A DNA stretch of 64,000 nt from Candidatus Kerfeldbacteria bacterium. Lineage in GTDB: Bacteria > Patescibacteriota > Patescibacteriia > SBBC01 > CAIJZX01. Both the position numbers and the translations under genes were made by a program. The stretch's first letter is position 1, and each line of letters starts with the position of its first letter. The stretch spans positions 64,761-128,760 of the forward strand of contig CAVSWO010000001.1 of NCBI GenBank assembly GCA_963731735.1, in the 5' to 3' direction. The notes beneath the pieces were generated by a model. That model was not told the origin of the DNA. It ran no database searches and was given only the letters and a program-made list of their open reading frames with translations. Shown one piece after another: positions 31,335 through 39,954 of the stretch.

Positions 31335-33016
31335 TGTAATGCATGGGTTGCCCAGGCGCGACGTTCCTGATTTCTAAATTTCGCGATAGCCGTTGTTCGA
31401 GGTTTGGCTGCCAGCAGCCGACCAAGATGCTGCCCAGACGCCAAGGTCGGGATAAAGACGTAATCTGATCCAGACCCATACAACAGATTTGCTTCGGCCA
31501 CCGTTTCGGCCCGCATCAGGATCTGTGGACGCTTAGTTTTCGGCCATCCGCGAACAATCGACTGGAGAAAATGGAGATTATTTTCGACATCAGGACTGGT
31601 TGAAATGATGTAGCGGGCCTGGCGTAAACCAACCGCTTCCTCTAAATCCGGATCGGTTATATCTCCGTAAACCGCCGCGTAGCCTTGGCGGGAAAGCTTC
31701 GTAACGATATCGGGATCAAAATCAATCACCCCAACCTGTTTTTTCGGCAACTCTTTGATGATATTTTGACCGGTCCGATGGGCGCCGATTAGAATGATCG
31801 GCCGATTGACGGTGGTCGTGAAACGGCGATCAGGTTTGGGTGAATCGCGTTCAAAGTATCGTAACCAGTGTTCTAACCATAAATATATTTTTTCGCCATA
31901 CAATATCATATACGATGACAACGCGATGGTAATCACCCCAACCAACGTTATCAGGGTAACCTCGGCTTTGCCGATATGCCCGACCTTATACCCCAAGGCC
32001 GCTAAGACCAAACTGAACTCGGAAATTTGTGCCACCGTTACCCCAGCTAAAAAACTGGTCCGACGGTGGTAGCCCATCGCCCCCATAATCATCAAGACTA
32101 TCAACGGGTTGCCAATCAGCACAAACAACGAGAAGACGACGGCTGGCCAGCCAATGCCTTGTAAGTCCGATAACGCCAGCGTCGATCCAAGCGACACAAA
32201 AAACAGCAACAGAAAGAAATCCCGCAGGGGTTTAATTCGATTACTGATTTGAAAATGTTCGGCCGAATTGGCCAGGGCCAGCCCAGCCAAGAAACCCCCA
32301 ATTTCGATGGAGAATCCCAAGCGCTGCACAATCGCCGCTATAATGAAGACCCAGGCAATACTCGAAACGAACAAGAGTTCCGTTGAGCGGGCGACCTGAT
32401 TGAAGATTTTTGGCATCACGGACCGACCGAGCCAAGCCATCAAGCCAAATAACACAATCCCGCGTAAGAGAATCGCGATGGCTGTTGACCAGTTAATCCC
32501 CTGCCCGGCATGCACTCCAGCCAGGATCAGCAGGATCAGGATAGCCACGAAGTCCTGTACCAGTAACAATCCGACGCTAATTTTTCCGTACAGACTGTGC
32601 ATGTCGCGTTTTTCGGACAATAACTTAACGATAATTATGGTACTGGAAAACGTTAGCGCGATAGCGATGTACGCCGCCGCCAACGACCCGAAACCCAATA
32701 ACAGGCCCAGTATGAATCCGCCGACAAAGGTAAAGGCGATTTGTCCTAACCCAATCACGACCGACGCGGCGCCGACTAGCCGCAAGGAGGAGATATTAAT
32801 TTCCATGCCGATCAGGAAAAGTAAAAACATGATCCCGAGATCGGAAAACGTTTGGTAGAGCGGATTGGTGGCAATCGGTGACAACTGGAAAATTCCTATC
32901 ACCACGCCGACAGCCAAAAAAGCCAAAATGAGCGGCTGTTTGAACACTCGCGCTACCAGACCAAAAACACCGGCCAGGCCAAAGAGGAAGGCGAGTTCAA
33001 GGATCTCGTGGTTCAT
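31331..33016 (-). CDS. Kef-type cation:proton antiporter with KTN/RCK domain
   Basis: FSSTIIIVKLL, LLVQD, AQISEFS; C-terminal GAHRTG and YGD. Confidence 0.9.
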   Translation of the reverse strand: MNHEILELAFLFGLAGVFGLVARVFKQPLILAFLAVGVVIGIFQLSPIATNPLYQTFSDLGIMFLLFLIGMEINISSLRLVGAASVVIGLGQIAFTFVGGFILGLLLGFGSLAAAYIAIALTFSSTIIIVKLLSEKRDMHSLYGKISVGLLLVQDFVAILILLILAGVHAGQGINWSTAIAILLRGIVLFGLMAWLGRSVMPKIFNQVARSTELLFVSSIAWVFIIAAIVQRLGFSIEIGGFLAGLALANSAEHFQISNRIKPLRDFFLLLFFVSLGSTLALSDLQGIGWPAVVFSLFVLIGNPLIVLMIMGAMGYHRRTSFLAGVTVAQISEFSLVLAALGYKVGHIGKAEVTLITLVGVITIALSSYMILYGEKIYLWLEHWLRYFERDSPKPDRRFTTTVNRPIILIGAHRTGQNIIKELPKKQVGVIDFDPDIVTKLSRQGYAAVYGDITDPDLEEAVGLRQARYIISTSPDVENNLHFLQSIVRGWPKTKRPQILMRAETVAEANLLYGSGSDYVFIPTLASGQHLGRLLAAKPRTTAIAKFRNQERRAWATHALQ

Positions 33017-33082
33017 GCTGCTTGGTGTTTTTGTTCCATTTCTGCCATCCAGTATACCACAAAATACTGCGGCCGTGCGCCT

Positions 33083-33157
33083 TTAATTTCCAAAGATGTT
33101 GAATAACACCGCCAGTACAATAACTGTGACAATAATGATGATGGCGAATTTATTCAT
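33083..33157 (-). CDS. putative 24 aa hydrophobic peptide
   Basis: ATG...TAA encoding MNKFAIIIIVTVIVLAVLFNIFGN; not in the ORF track. Confidence 0.4.
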   Translation of the reverse strand: MNKFAIIIIVTVIVLAVLFNIFGN

Positions 33158-33177
33158 GGCGATATTTTAGTGTTCCT

Positions 33178-33279
33178 TTTTGGCTCCGGGACTTGGATTC
33201 GCCGTCGCCGTGCCGTGCGCGGCTCTGGCCGGGGCCTGCGCTCTTGCGCCACTGGCGCAAGTGCTCGGCCCTTCGAATC
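33178..33279 (-). repeat. duplicated tRNA-Gln 3' end (att-like) fused to a GC-rich palindromic element
   Basis: TTTTGGCTCCGGGACTTGGATTCG occurs at 33178-33201 and 33330-33353. GATTCG...CGAATC inverted ends. Confidence 0.75.
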
Positions 33280-33332
33280 ATCTGGGGTAAAGGGAATGGG
33301 ACTACCTGATTTCAAAAATTAGGTAATTCTTT

Positions 33333-33406
33333 TGGCTCCGGGACTTGGATTCGAACCAAGATACCCGCCTCCAAAGGGCGGTGTCCTACCATTAGACGAT
33401 CCCGGA
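33333..33406 (-). tRNA. tRNA-Gln(TTG)
   Basis: Cloverleaf TCCGGGA...TCCCGGA-G-CCA, anticodon loop CT-TTG-GA, GTTCGAATC T-loop. Confidence 0.95.
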
Positions 33407-33501
33407 ATCAGGCGCGGATCACGCGTCATCAATTATGCATGAACGAAGCCGTGCGAGTATAACCGAAAAATCCCTATTATTCAAGCCCCCCGACGGAAAG
33501 C

Positions 33502-34419
33502 CTACACGCGTAAATAGCGGCCAATCGCCAGCACCGAAGAGATAGCTGAAAGCCCAACTCCTAACCCGATCTCTAGCCCTAAAATCTGCCAGACATGACT
33601 ATGGACATACCCCAACAAATTAATGTCGTACTGACCGAAGAAGCGTGAAATGGTCGGATTGATCAAGGACAGAACCGGTAAAATGAGCAACAGGGTAACC
33701 ACACTGGCCACCAGTCCGTACAGGATGCTGGTGATGATAAACGGACCGCGGACAAAGGTATCGGATGCGCCAACCAGTTTCATGATTCCGATTTCTTCAC
33801 GATGTGAATAAATGGTTACCCGAATCGCGTTAAAGACCATCAGAATCGCAATCACCCCGAATAAGAGGGTTAACCAAATGGTCGCGCCTTGAATACGTCC
33901 GACAATCAACGACAGCCGACTGATTAATGTTTGATTGCTTGCAAATTCATTTCCCGTGTCTTCTACGATGGTGCTGTAGCGATCACTTTTGACGAAAGCT
34001 GCGATCGCGTCATAATCGTCAAGTGATCGGGCGGTGACAACCAATCCAGCCCCCAACGGGTTTTCACCCAGTGCATCGAGGGCTGCATTCACCAACTTTG
34101 ACTGCCCTTGGGTTTTCCGCAGCGCGTCAAGACGCTCGGCCCGGGTAACCAAAGTCACGTCTTGAACATCATGCCGGGCCAACAAATCCTGGCGAACTTC
34201 CTGTACTCGATCTTCAGAGGTGGTCGGCGTAAAATAGACTGATAAATTCACGTGATTCTTGACCGCTACCAAGGTTTGCTGGCCAACCACGTTTAAGCCC
34301 AAAACCAAACTCATTAAAAACAGGTTGAGGGTCACAATTAATACCGTCACCAACGATAGCCAGATATTTCGCCAGAAATTCTGACTGCCGAACTTGATCA
34401 TGCGCCACAAAGTAATCAT
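33502..34419 (-). CDS. ftsX: cell division permease FtsX
   Basis: NFWRN.WLS, NPL, REEIGIMKLVGAS..FVRGPF. Confidence 0.92.
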   Translation of the reverse strand: MITLWRMIKFGSQNFWRNIWLSLVTVLIVTLNLFLMSLVLGLNVVGQQTLVAVKNHVNLSVYFTPTTSEDRVQEVRQDLLARHDVQDVTLVTRAERLDALRKTQGQSKLVNAALDALGENPLGAGLVVTARSLDDYDAIAAFVKSDRYSTIVEDTGNEFASNQTLISRLSLIVGRIQGATIWLTLLFGVIAILMVFNAIRVTIYSHREEIGIMKLVGASDTFVRGPFIITSILYGLVASVVTLLLILPVLSLINPTISRFFGQYDINLLGYVHSHVWQILGLEIGLGVGLSAISSVLAIGRYLRV

Positions 34420-34422
34420 AGA

Positions 34423-35103
34423 CTAGAGGATATATTTCCCGGCTTTTTGATCGGCAATCACGTGTCCGTGATCCAAAGTAATCACTCGTTTTTTTAGCAT
34501 GTTCACAATCTCGCGATTATGAGTGACCAACACCACCGTGGTCCCAAATTCATTAATTTTCTTGAGCAGATTGATAATCTCCTGGGCATTGATCGTATCC
34601 AAATTCCCGGTCGGTTCATCGGCCACGAGTAATTTCGGTCGGTGAGCTAAAGCCCGAGCAATTACCACCCGCTGTTGTTCGCCTCCCGATACTTGCTCCG
34701 GGTAGCGATCCATCTTTTGGTCGAGACCGACTATCTTCAGTAATTGCGGAACGACGGATACTATCTTGGCGGTTGGTTGCCCGGCCACTTCCAATGCAAA
34801 GGCCACGTTCTCAAACAGCGTCTTTCGCGGTAAAAGTTTAAAATCCTGAAAAACAACACCGATTTGCCGGCGCAGGATAGGAATTTCATGAAAACTAATG
34901 CGGGTTATATCCCAGCCACCAATCTCGATTTTTCCGCGATCGGGTCGTTCCTCGGCAATGATTAACTTGGCCAGGGTGGTTTTACCTGAACCGGACTGGC
35001 CGACAATTGACACAAACTCCCCAGCCTCAATCCGCAACGACACATCTTCCAGACCCACGTGTTTGTGCTGGTAGAGTTTCGTTACATGTTCAAAAATGAC
35101 CAT
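34423..35103 (-). CDS. ftsE: cell division ATPase FtsE
   Basis: GQSGSGKT, IGVVFQDFKLL, SGGEQQR, ADEPTGNLD. Confidence 0.94.
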   Translation of the reverse strand: MVIFEHVTKLYQHKHVGLEDVSLRIEAGEFVSIVGQSGSGKTTLAKLIIAEERPDRGKIEIGGWDITRISFHEIPILRRQIGVVFQDFKLLPRKTLFENVAFALEVAGQPTAKIVSVVPQLLKIVGLDQKMDRYPEQVSGGEQQRVVIARALAHRPKLLVADEPTGNLDTINAQEIINLLKKINEFGTTVVLVTHNREIVNMLKKRVITLDHGHVIADQKAGKYIL

Positions 35104-35133
35104 GAAGAGTTTTGTTTTGCAAGTCCTGGTAGT

Positions 35134-36756
35134 TTACGGTGCCCAGCGATGATTGGCAAATGCCCAGTTCGTAATTGCGGCCGCATCGTTGAAGCGCTCA
35201 GTTTCGCTGGCCGAAGCCAGCAAAGCCGTCACCACCTGGGTACCCTGACTTTTACTGGCCGAACGCGTCACAAAAGTATACTTGGCTTCATCGATATAGC
35301 CGGTTTTCCCACCCGTGATGATCAGCGAATTATCGACTTTTCCGCTCCCCAGGAGCTTATCGGTCGTCACGAATCGGTGAGTTTGTCCGGAGTTCTTGGT
35401 TGTGAACGTGTAGTCACGGCGGACGGTCACGAATCGAATCGGTTCATATTCATGCAGGATTTGCGCCGTCATGCGGGCCAGTTCCTCAGCCGTTGAAACA
35501 TTACCGCTGTTTAATCCACTCACCCCGACGAAGTGGGTCCGGCCAAGTCCCCACGCTTGCGCCTTGGCATTCATTTTCGCCACAAATTCATCGCGACTCA
35601 TGCCCGTAGCCCGAGCCAAGGCATCGGCTGCATTGTTGGCTGATCCGACCAGCATCGCGTAAAACAAATCCCGCTCTTCCAGGGTGTCGCCTGGCGCGAC
35701 ACGGAGATAGTCATACCGTCCGCCGTAACCGGCTGTATCTTCCGCCCCATAGGTAAAGATCCGATGTAAATCAGGCTGGGTATCGAGATAGACGGCAGCG
35801 GTCATTAACTTCGTCAGACTGGCAATCGGTACGACGTCGTCTTTGCGATACCAGGCCAGGAGTTGATTGGTCGTTTGATCGTAGACCGCGAATGGCCGGG
35901 GGCGAATGGATGGGAATGGAATGCCATTATTGCCGACTAAATGCACGGCCGGTAAGGTTTCAACTTTACCCAGCGAAAAAGCGGCGGTGGCGGTACCGAG
36001 CACCTGGGCGGAAACTGGCGAAACATTGACGCGCGTTAATCCGGCATTACTCGCGCCGAGTTGACTATACGCGGCCCACGACAAATCGATTACCCGTCCA
36101 GCCGGCTGGCCCCAGGTTGAAACGATTTTGACTTCAACGGTTTTCCCGGTTTCAAGACTGCGCACCCGAACCAAGCTGCCAACTGGAAAGTCATTGGAAG
36201 TGCCATGCAGCGTGGGATATCGCGATGAGCAAAAATTCTTACAGTACCACGAGGCTACCCCCTCTTCTTGGTTGCGATCTTCCAAAATTGCATACAACCC
36301 GCGTTGGATACCGGAAGGCGCTTGACCGAGCGTATGATCGGCGTTCAACCGGGTCGGCAGCGGATTCCAGATTTTGGCGTCCAGATCATAAACCCAAACT
36401 TGGCGGATCCAAGTACTATCGCCAAATGGTAAACCTACGGCCACCGATAACGGCTGGGCTGGGTTAATATGGGTATTACCGTCAATCGACAGTCGATAAA
36501 CTTGCCCGAGGATTTTTCGATTGGGCGGGAGGGCCGGCAGATCACCTTCGTGAACCGTCCAGGTAACTTGCCCAGGGGCAACGATGCCATTCGGAAAAAT
36601 TCCCGCATTGGCACCCGCAACCGTGAAGGTCTTCCCCCATCGGACGTACGTGGCGGAGTAATCAAAGGCCGGCGTTTCGGTGGCACTGGCTGGGCGCAAA
36701 AGCCAAAAACCACTTGCCACGACGATAGCCAGCAGGTACACTACGATTCGTTTCAT
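35134..36756 (-). CDS. secreted S11 D-Ala-D-Ala peptidase fused to an RlpA-like DPBB domain
   Basis: Signal peptide from ATG 36756; GVASWY...VIDLS; ASLTK, SAN, GKTG. Confidence 0.85.
   Translation of the reverse strand: MKRIVVYLLAIVVASGFWLLRPASATETPAFDYSATYVRWGKTFTVAGANAGIFPNGIVAPGQVTWTVHEGDLPALPPNRKILGQVYRLSIDGNTHINPAQPLSVAVGLPFGDSTWIRQVWVYDLDAKIWNPLPTRLNADHTLGQAPSGIQRGLYAILEDRNQEEGVASWYCKNFCSSRYPTLHGTSNDFPVGSLVRVRSLETGKTVEVKIVSTWGQPAGRVIDLSWAAYSQLGASNAGLTRVNVSPVSAQVLGTATAAFSLGKVETLPAVHLVGNNGIPFPSIRPRPFAVYDQTTNQLLAWYRKDDVVPIASLTKLMTAAVYLDTQPDLHRIFTYGAEDTAGYGGRYDYLRVAPGDTLEERDLFYAMLVGSANNAADALARATGMSRDEFVAKMNAKAQAWGLGRTHFVGVSGLNSGNVSTAEELARMTAQILHEYEPIRFVTVRRDYTFTTKNSGQTHRFVTTDKLLGSGKVDNSLIITGGKTGYIDEAKYTFVTRSASKSQGTQVVTALLASASETERFNDAAAITNWAFANHRWAP
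36714..36742 (+). promoter_or_regulatory. predicted tRNA-Gly promoter inside the opposite-strand CDS
   Basis: TTGCCA, 17 nt spacer, TACACT, 16 nt before the tRNA. Confidence 0.55.
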
Positions 36757-36758
36757 GT

Positions 36759-36832
36759 GCGGGTATGGTTTAGTGGTAAAACACGACCTTCCCAAGGTTG
36801 AGTCGGGGGTTCGATTCCCCCTACCCGCTCCA
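36759..36832 (+). tRNA. tRNA-Gly(CCC)
   Basis: GCGGGTA...TACCCGC-T-CCA, anticodon loop TT-CCC-AA, GTTCGATTC. Confidence 0.95.
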
Positions 36833-36908
36833 AGGAGCCTGCGATCGATTCGTTTGCATCCGATTTTTGGGTAAACGAAAAACTTGGCATGCTGTCCACA
36901 GCAGTCTA

Positions 36909-37733
36909 TCAAACCCTGGGCGAGTCGGCAAGAACGGTTGCAAGAAAGTCTTGAATTTTGGCTAAAATATCGGCTCGCGCGGCGGGTTCCAGCCAAGGGC
37001 GATGGTGGGTGGTTGGCAAAGCGATTTGTCGCTTGATGGGGCTAGCCAGATGATGGGCAATCGTATCGGCGCTGTTGGTCACCACGTACTGATCTTGCGC
37101 CGTCTGCATAATCAACGCCGGAGTATGAATTTGACCGAGCACCGGTTTAACGTACTGATCAAATATTGTATAGGTTTCAAAAATACTGGCAATCGGCCAA
37201 ACCGCTAAAGAACCGGATTTCTCCATCCGCGCATAGTCATCAGCCGTCAAACCGGATTTTTTGTAATAGGGCGTAAACAATTTGAGTAAACGGAGTAAAA
37301 TCCGCTGAAAGGGCCCACCGCGTTGGTATTTGAGCGGGGTATTCAGGGTTATAACTGCGGTTACTCGATCGGGGTGGCGGGCCGTATAATCGAGGGCCAA
37401 AGCGCCGCCAAACGAAACGCCAAACAGCACTACTCGCTGACATTGGCTGCCAACAAAATCCGCGGCCGCTTCGATCGAAGCTTGCCATTGTTGATGGGTT
37501 GTCTGGCGGAGTTGATCCGGACCTTGTCCATGACCGGCCACGCGGGTGCCAAAAACTGCGTATCCTTGGTCTTGGAGATCTTCAGCCAGGGTGCGTAAAT
37601 CACCGATACTCCCCCCAAAGCCATGAATCAGTATGATGCCAGTCGGTCCGCCGGGGAGCCAAAAGGGTTGCGCGCCAGGGTGTACCTGCGTTGACGAGCC
37701 CGGTAATTTTGGGGTATGGTGTTCGTTGCTCAT
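36909..37733 (-). CDS. alpha/beta hydrolase (carboxylesterase-like)
   Basis: LIHGFGGS, GHG, GVSFGG nucleophile elbow, D and H near the C-terminus. Confidence 0.88.
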   Translation of the reverse strand: MSNEHHTPKLPGSSTQVHPGAQPFWLPGGPTGIILIHGFGGSIGDLRTLAEDLQDQGYAVFGTRVAGHGQGPDQLRQTTHQQWQASIEAAADFVGSQCQRVVLFGVSFGGALALDYTARHPDRVTAVITLNTPLKYQRGGPFQRILLRLLKLFTPYYKKSGLTADDYARMEKSGSLAVWPIASIFETYTIFDQYVKPVLGQIHTPALIMQTAQDQYVVTNSADTIAHHLASPIKRQIALPTTHHRPWLEPAARADILAKIQDFLATVLADSPRV

Positions 37734-38807
37734 CTAGGAGAGGGGCGGCTGGCCGGTGTAGCTCAGTGGTAGAGCAATGCTTTCGTAAAGCAGAGGTCGT
37801 CGGTTCAATCCCGACCACCGGCTCCATGCCAATCGATTGGTTGAATATCGGTCGGACAATTGCACGTTGGCCTGGCGATTGTTCCAGTCTAATCCGCGGA
37901 GCCAGACGCGCACGCCGGCTGATTTAAGATAGGCATCAATGTAATCGTCAACTGACGGGGCGGCAATAAAAATTTGTCGGACATGGACTTGCCGCTGCCC
38001 ATCTTGTTCGCGTTCTTCCACGACTTTAATAATGTGGAATCCGAACTTGGTATGGATCAAATCACTGGTTTCGCCGACATTCAGGTTAAAAGCCGCATTT
38101 TCAATTTCTTCAGCCAACGTCCCGCGAGTAATGAAACCCAAATCTCCGCCTTGGGCCGCGTAGGCGTCTTCACTGTACGTTTTCGCCAAATCTTCAAAAG
38201 ACTGATCTCCGGCTTGGAGCAGCTTGAGGACTTGTTCGGCTTGTTTTTTAACATCCGCATTCAACTGGTCATTAAACGACAGATATTCGCGCAATTTCTC
38301 ACGAGCAACTGCCACGCGAATAATATTGGCCTTAAACTGCTCGGGGCTCCAATCGTAGAGTTCTTGTATCGTTTGTTCGGTAGCCTTTCGATCACCCCCT
38401 TGGACCAACTGAGCGGTAAAAGCTTGATCGACGTCAGCCTGGGAGAGTTGAATTTTTTGTCGGTTCAGCAGGGCCAAGGTGGCGGTATCCCGAATCACTT
38501 TGTCCATTGCTTGCTGGCGAATATCGGAGGCTGAAACGGCCGGAAAAACCGTTGGGTTGTTAGCGTGCAACTGGGCCGAATAGTGTCCTAAGCCCTGGCG
38601 AATTTCGATCCAATTTGCTAACCAGATCGGATGCCAGCCAATACTGGCGGCCGGCAACGGTACAACCGTCGCAATTTTCTGTACCCAGGGTTGTTCTTGA
38701 CCGGCTCCGTACACTGTCACCGCTAGGGCGCCAATTGCCAGCAGCGCCAAACCCACCAAGCCGAGTAGGCTGCCGAATATCCAACGATGTGACCAATGCA
38801 TACTCAT
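37734..38807 (-). CDS. PrsA/SurA-like parvulin peptidylprolyl isomerase
   Basis: N-terminal TM; FEDLAKTYSED, GGDLG, TKFGFHIIKV. Confidence 0.88.
   Translation of the reverse strand: MSMHWSHRWIFGSLLGLVGLALLAIGALAVTVYGAGQEQPWVQKIATVVPLPAASIGWHPIWLANWIEIRQGLGHYSAQLHANNPTVFPAVSASDIRQQAMDKVIRDTATLALLNRQKIQLSQADVDQAFTAQLVQGGDRKATEQTIQELYDWSPEQFKANIIRVAVAREKLREYLSFNDQLNADVKKQAEQVLKLLQAGDQSFEDLAKTYSEDAYAAQGGDLGFITRGTLAEEIENAAFNLNVGETSDLIHTKFGFHIIKVVEEREQDGQRQVHVRQIFIAAPSVDDYIDAYLKSAGVRVWLRGLDWNNRQANVQLSDRYSTNRLAWSRWSGLNRRPLLYESIALPLSYTGQPPLS
37752..37826 (+). tRNA. tRNA-Thr(CGT)
   Basis: GCCGGTG...CACCGGC-T-CCA, anticodon loop TT-CGT-AA, GTTCAATCC. Confidence 0.93.
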
Positions 38808-38837
38808 AGCTTACGGAAAATCATGGCGTTTGGAAAG

Positions 38838-39254
38838 TTAACCGGACCGAGGACCAAAAAAATAGTGCCACCAGCGCTGCGGTAGTGAGCCGGAATTTTC
38901 TGCAGCCGAGGCGTTATCGGCATTGGTGATGATTTGTCCGTTCGTATCCTTGACGCTGCCAGCCGGCACAACAATCACCTTCTCGCCGGGTTTTCGAAGT
39001 CCGAGCTGGAGACGCGCTTCACGCTCCTGATAGGTTTGGCTGCCCAGGTAAGCAATCAATTCCTGCAGCTGCTCTTGGCGGTGCTCCTCTTGGGTAATTT
39101 GCGTTTGTAATCGGGCTACCTGAGAGCTGACTTGTCGGGTTCGAAAAACTTCCCGAACTATAGCGACCGAAAAAACAGCCACCAGTCCGCCGGCAATGAT
39201 AACGGCCCACCAGCTCGGATGAAAATTTTCCCAAGCACGTGATTTACGCGTCAT
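38838..39254 (-). CDS. ftsB: septum formation initiator (FtsB/DivIC family)
   Basis: TM plus coiled coil, EREARLQLGLRKPGEKVI; ATG 39254. Confidence 0.8.
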   Translation of the reverse strand: MTRKSRAWENFHPSWWAVIIAGGLVAVFSVAIVREVFRTRQVSSQVARLQTQITQEEHRQEQLQELIAYLGSQTYQEREARLQLGLRKPGEKVIVVPAGSVKDTNGQIITNADNASAAENSGSLPQRWWHYFFGPRSG

Positions 39255-39852
39255 GCTGGCGCTCCTCAGCTGGGGGTTGAGCCGTTTGATCGAGTGTCGT
39301 TCGAAGCGCCTGCAAGGCTTCGGCCACCGCTTCCGGTTTTGCGGCCGGCGGGCGCTGATCAGTCCGGCTCTGAATATCAACAATCATTTGTTGCAAAGCC
39401 ATCGGGTCATGCACACCGTCCATTTCTAAATTCGTGGTATTCCCGGCGGTTTGTATGATGACCGTGCCATACCGAAAAATTGTCTGGGCCATGCCGCGAG
39501 TGGTATACCGGACATCCTGTATCTTGGCGTAGGGTGCTTCGGCCACCGTCCGTTGCCACAAGCCATGCTGATCAATATCAATTATTCGCTGATTGGTCAG
39601 GACTAGCACATTCCGAGACCAAATGTATAAACTCCGGGCTATCCAGATCGCCGCCACCAGCGCCACCAGCAAAAATCCGAGGAGTCCCCGGCCGCGCCAT
39701 TGCAACCACCAGGCCAACAGAAAAAAATCGAGCACAAACAGCAGACCGCCGCCCAGCAGGCTCGGCAAAAATGTGACCCAGAAACGGCGGATTATCTGGA
39801 TCGGCTCTTCACCTGGCTTCAGGTGTTTGCTAAGATAACGGTGAATCCACAT
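39244..39852 (-). CDS. membrane protein with bacterial PH domain (bPH_2)
   Basis: LKPGE, LTNQRII, KIQDV, YGTVIIQTAG. Confidence 0.8.
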   Translation of the reverse strand: MWIHRYLSKHLKPGEEPIQIIRRFWVTFLPSLLGGGLLFVLDFFLLAWWLQWRGRGLLGFLLVALVAAIWIARSLYIWSRNVLVLTNQRIIDIDQHGLWQRTVAEAPYAKIQDVRYTTRGMAQTIFRYGTVIIQTAGNTTNLEMDGVHDPMALQQMIVDIQSRTDQRPPAAKPEAVAEALQALRTTLDQTAQPPAEERQHDA

Positions 39853-39954
39853 ATGAAACGACGAGTTGCTCAGCGCATTTGGATAATTATTTCCATCTTG
39901 ATGGTGGCGGGCATGCTATTGTTTACCTTAGCACCTCTGCTGCAAGCTTCCTAG
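39853..39954 (+). CDS. putative 33 aa membrane peptide
   Basis: MKRRVAQRIWIIISILMVAGMLLFTLAPLLQAS fills the intergenic gap exactly. Confidence 0.5.
   Translation: MKRRVAQRIWIIISILMVAGMLLFTLAPLLQAS

Noticed and set aside
36757-36996. 80 aa N-terminal extension of the S11 peptidase
   Set aside because: It is the antisense translation of tRNA-Gly; the signal peptide begins at 36756.
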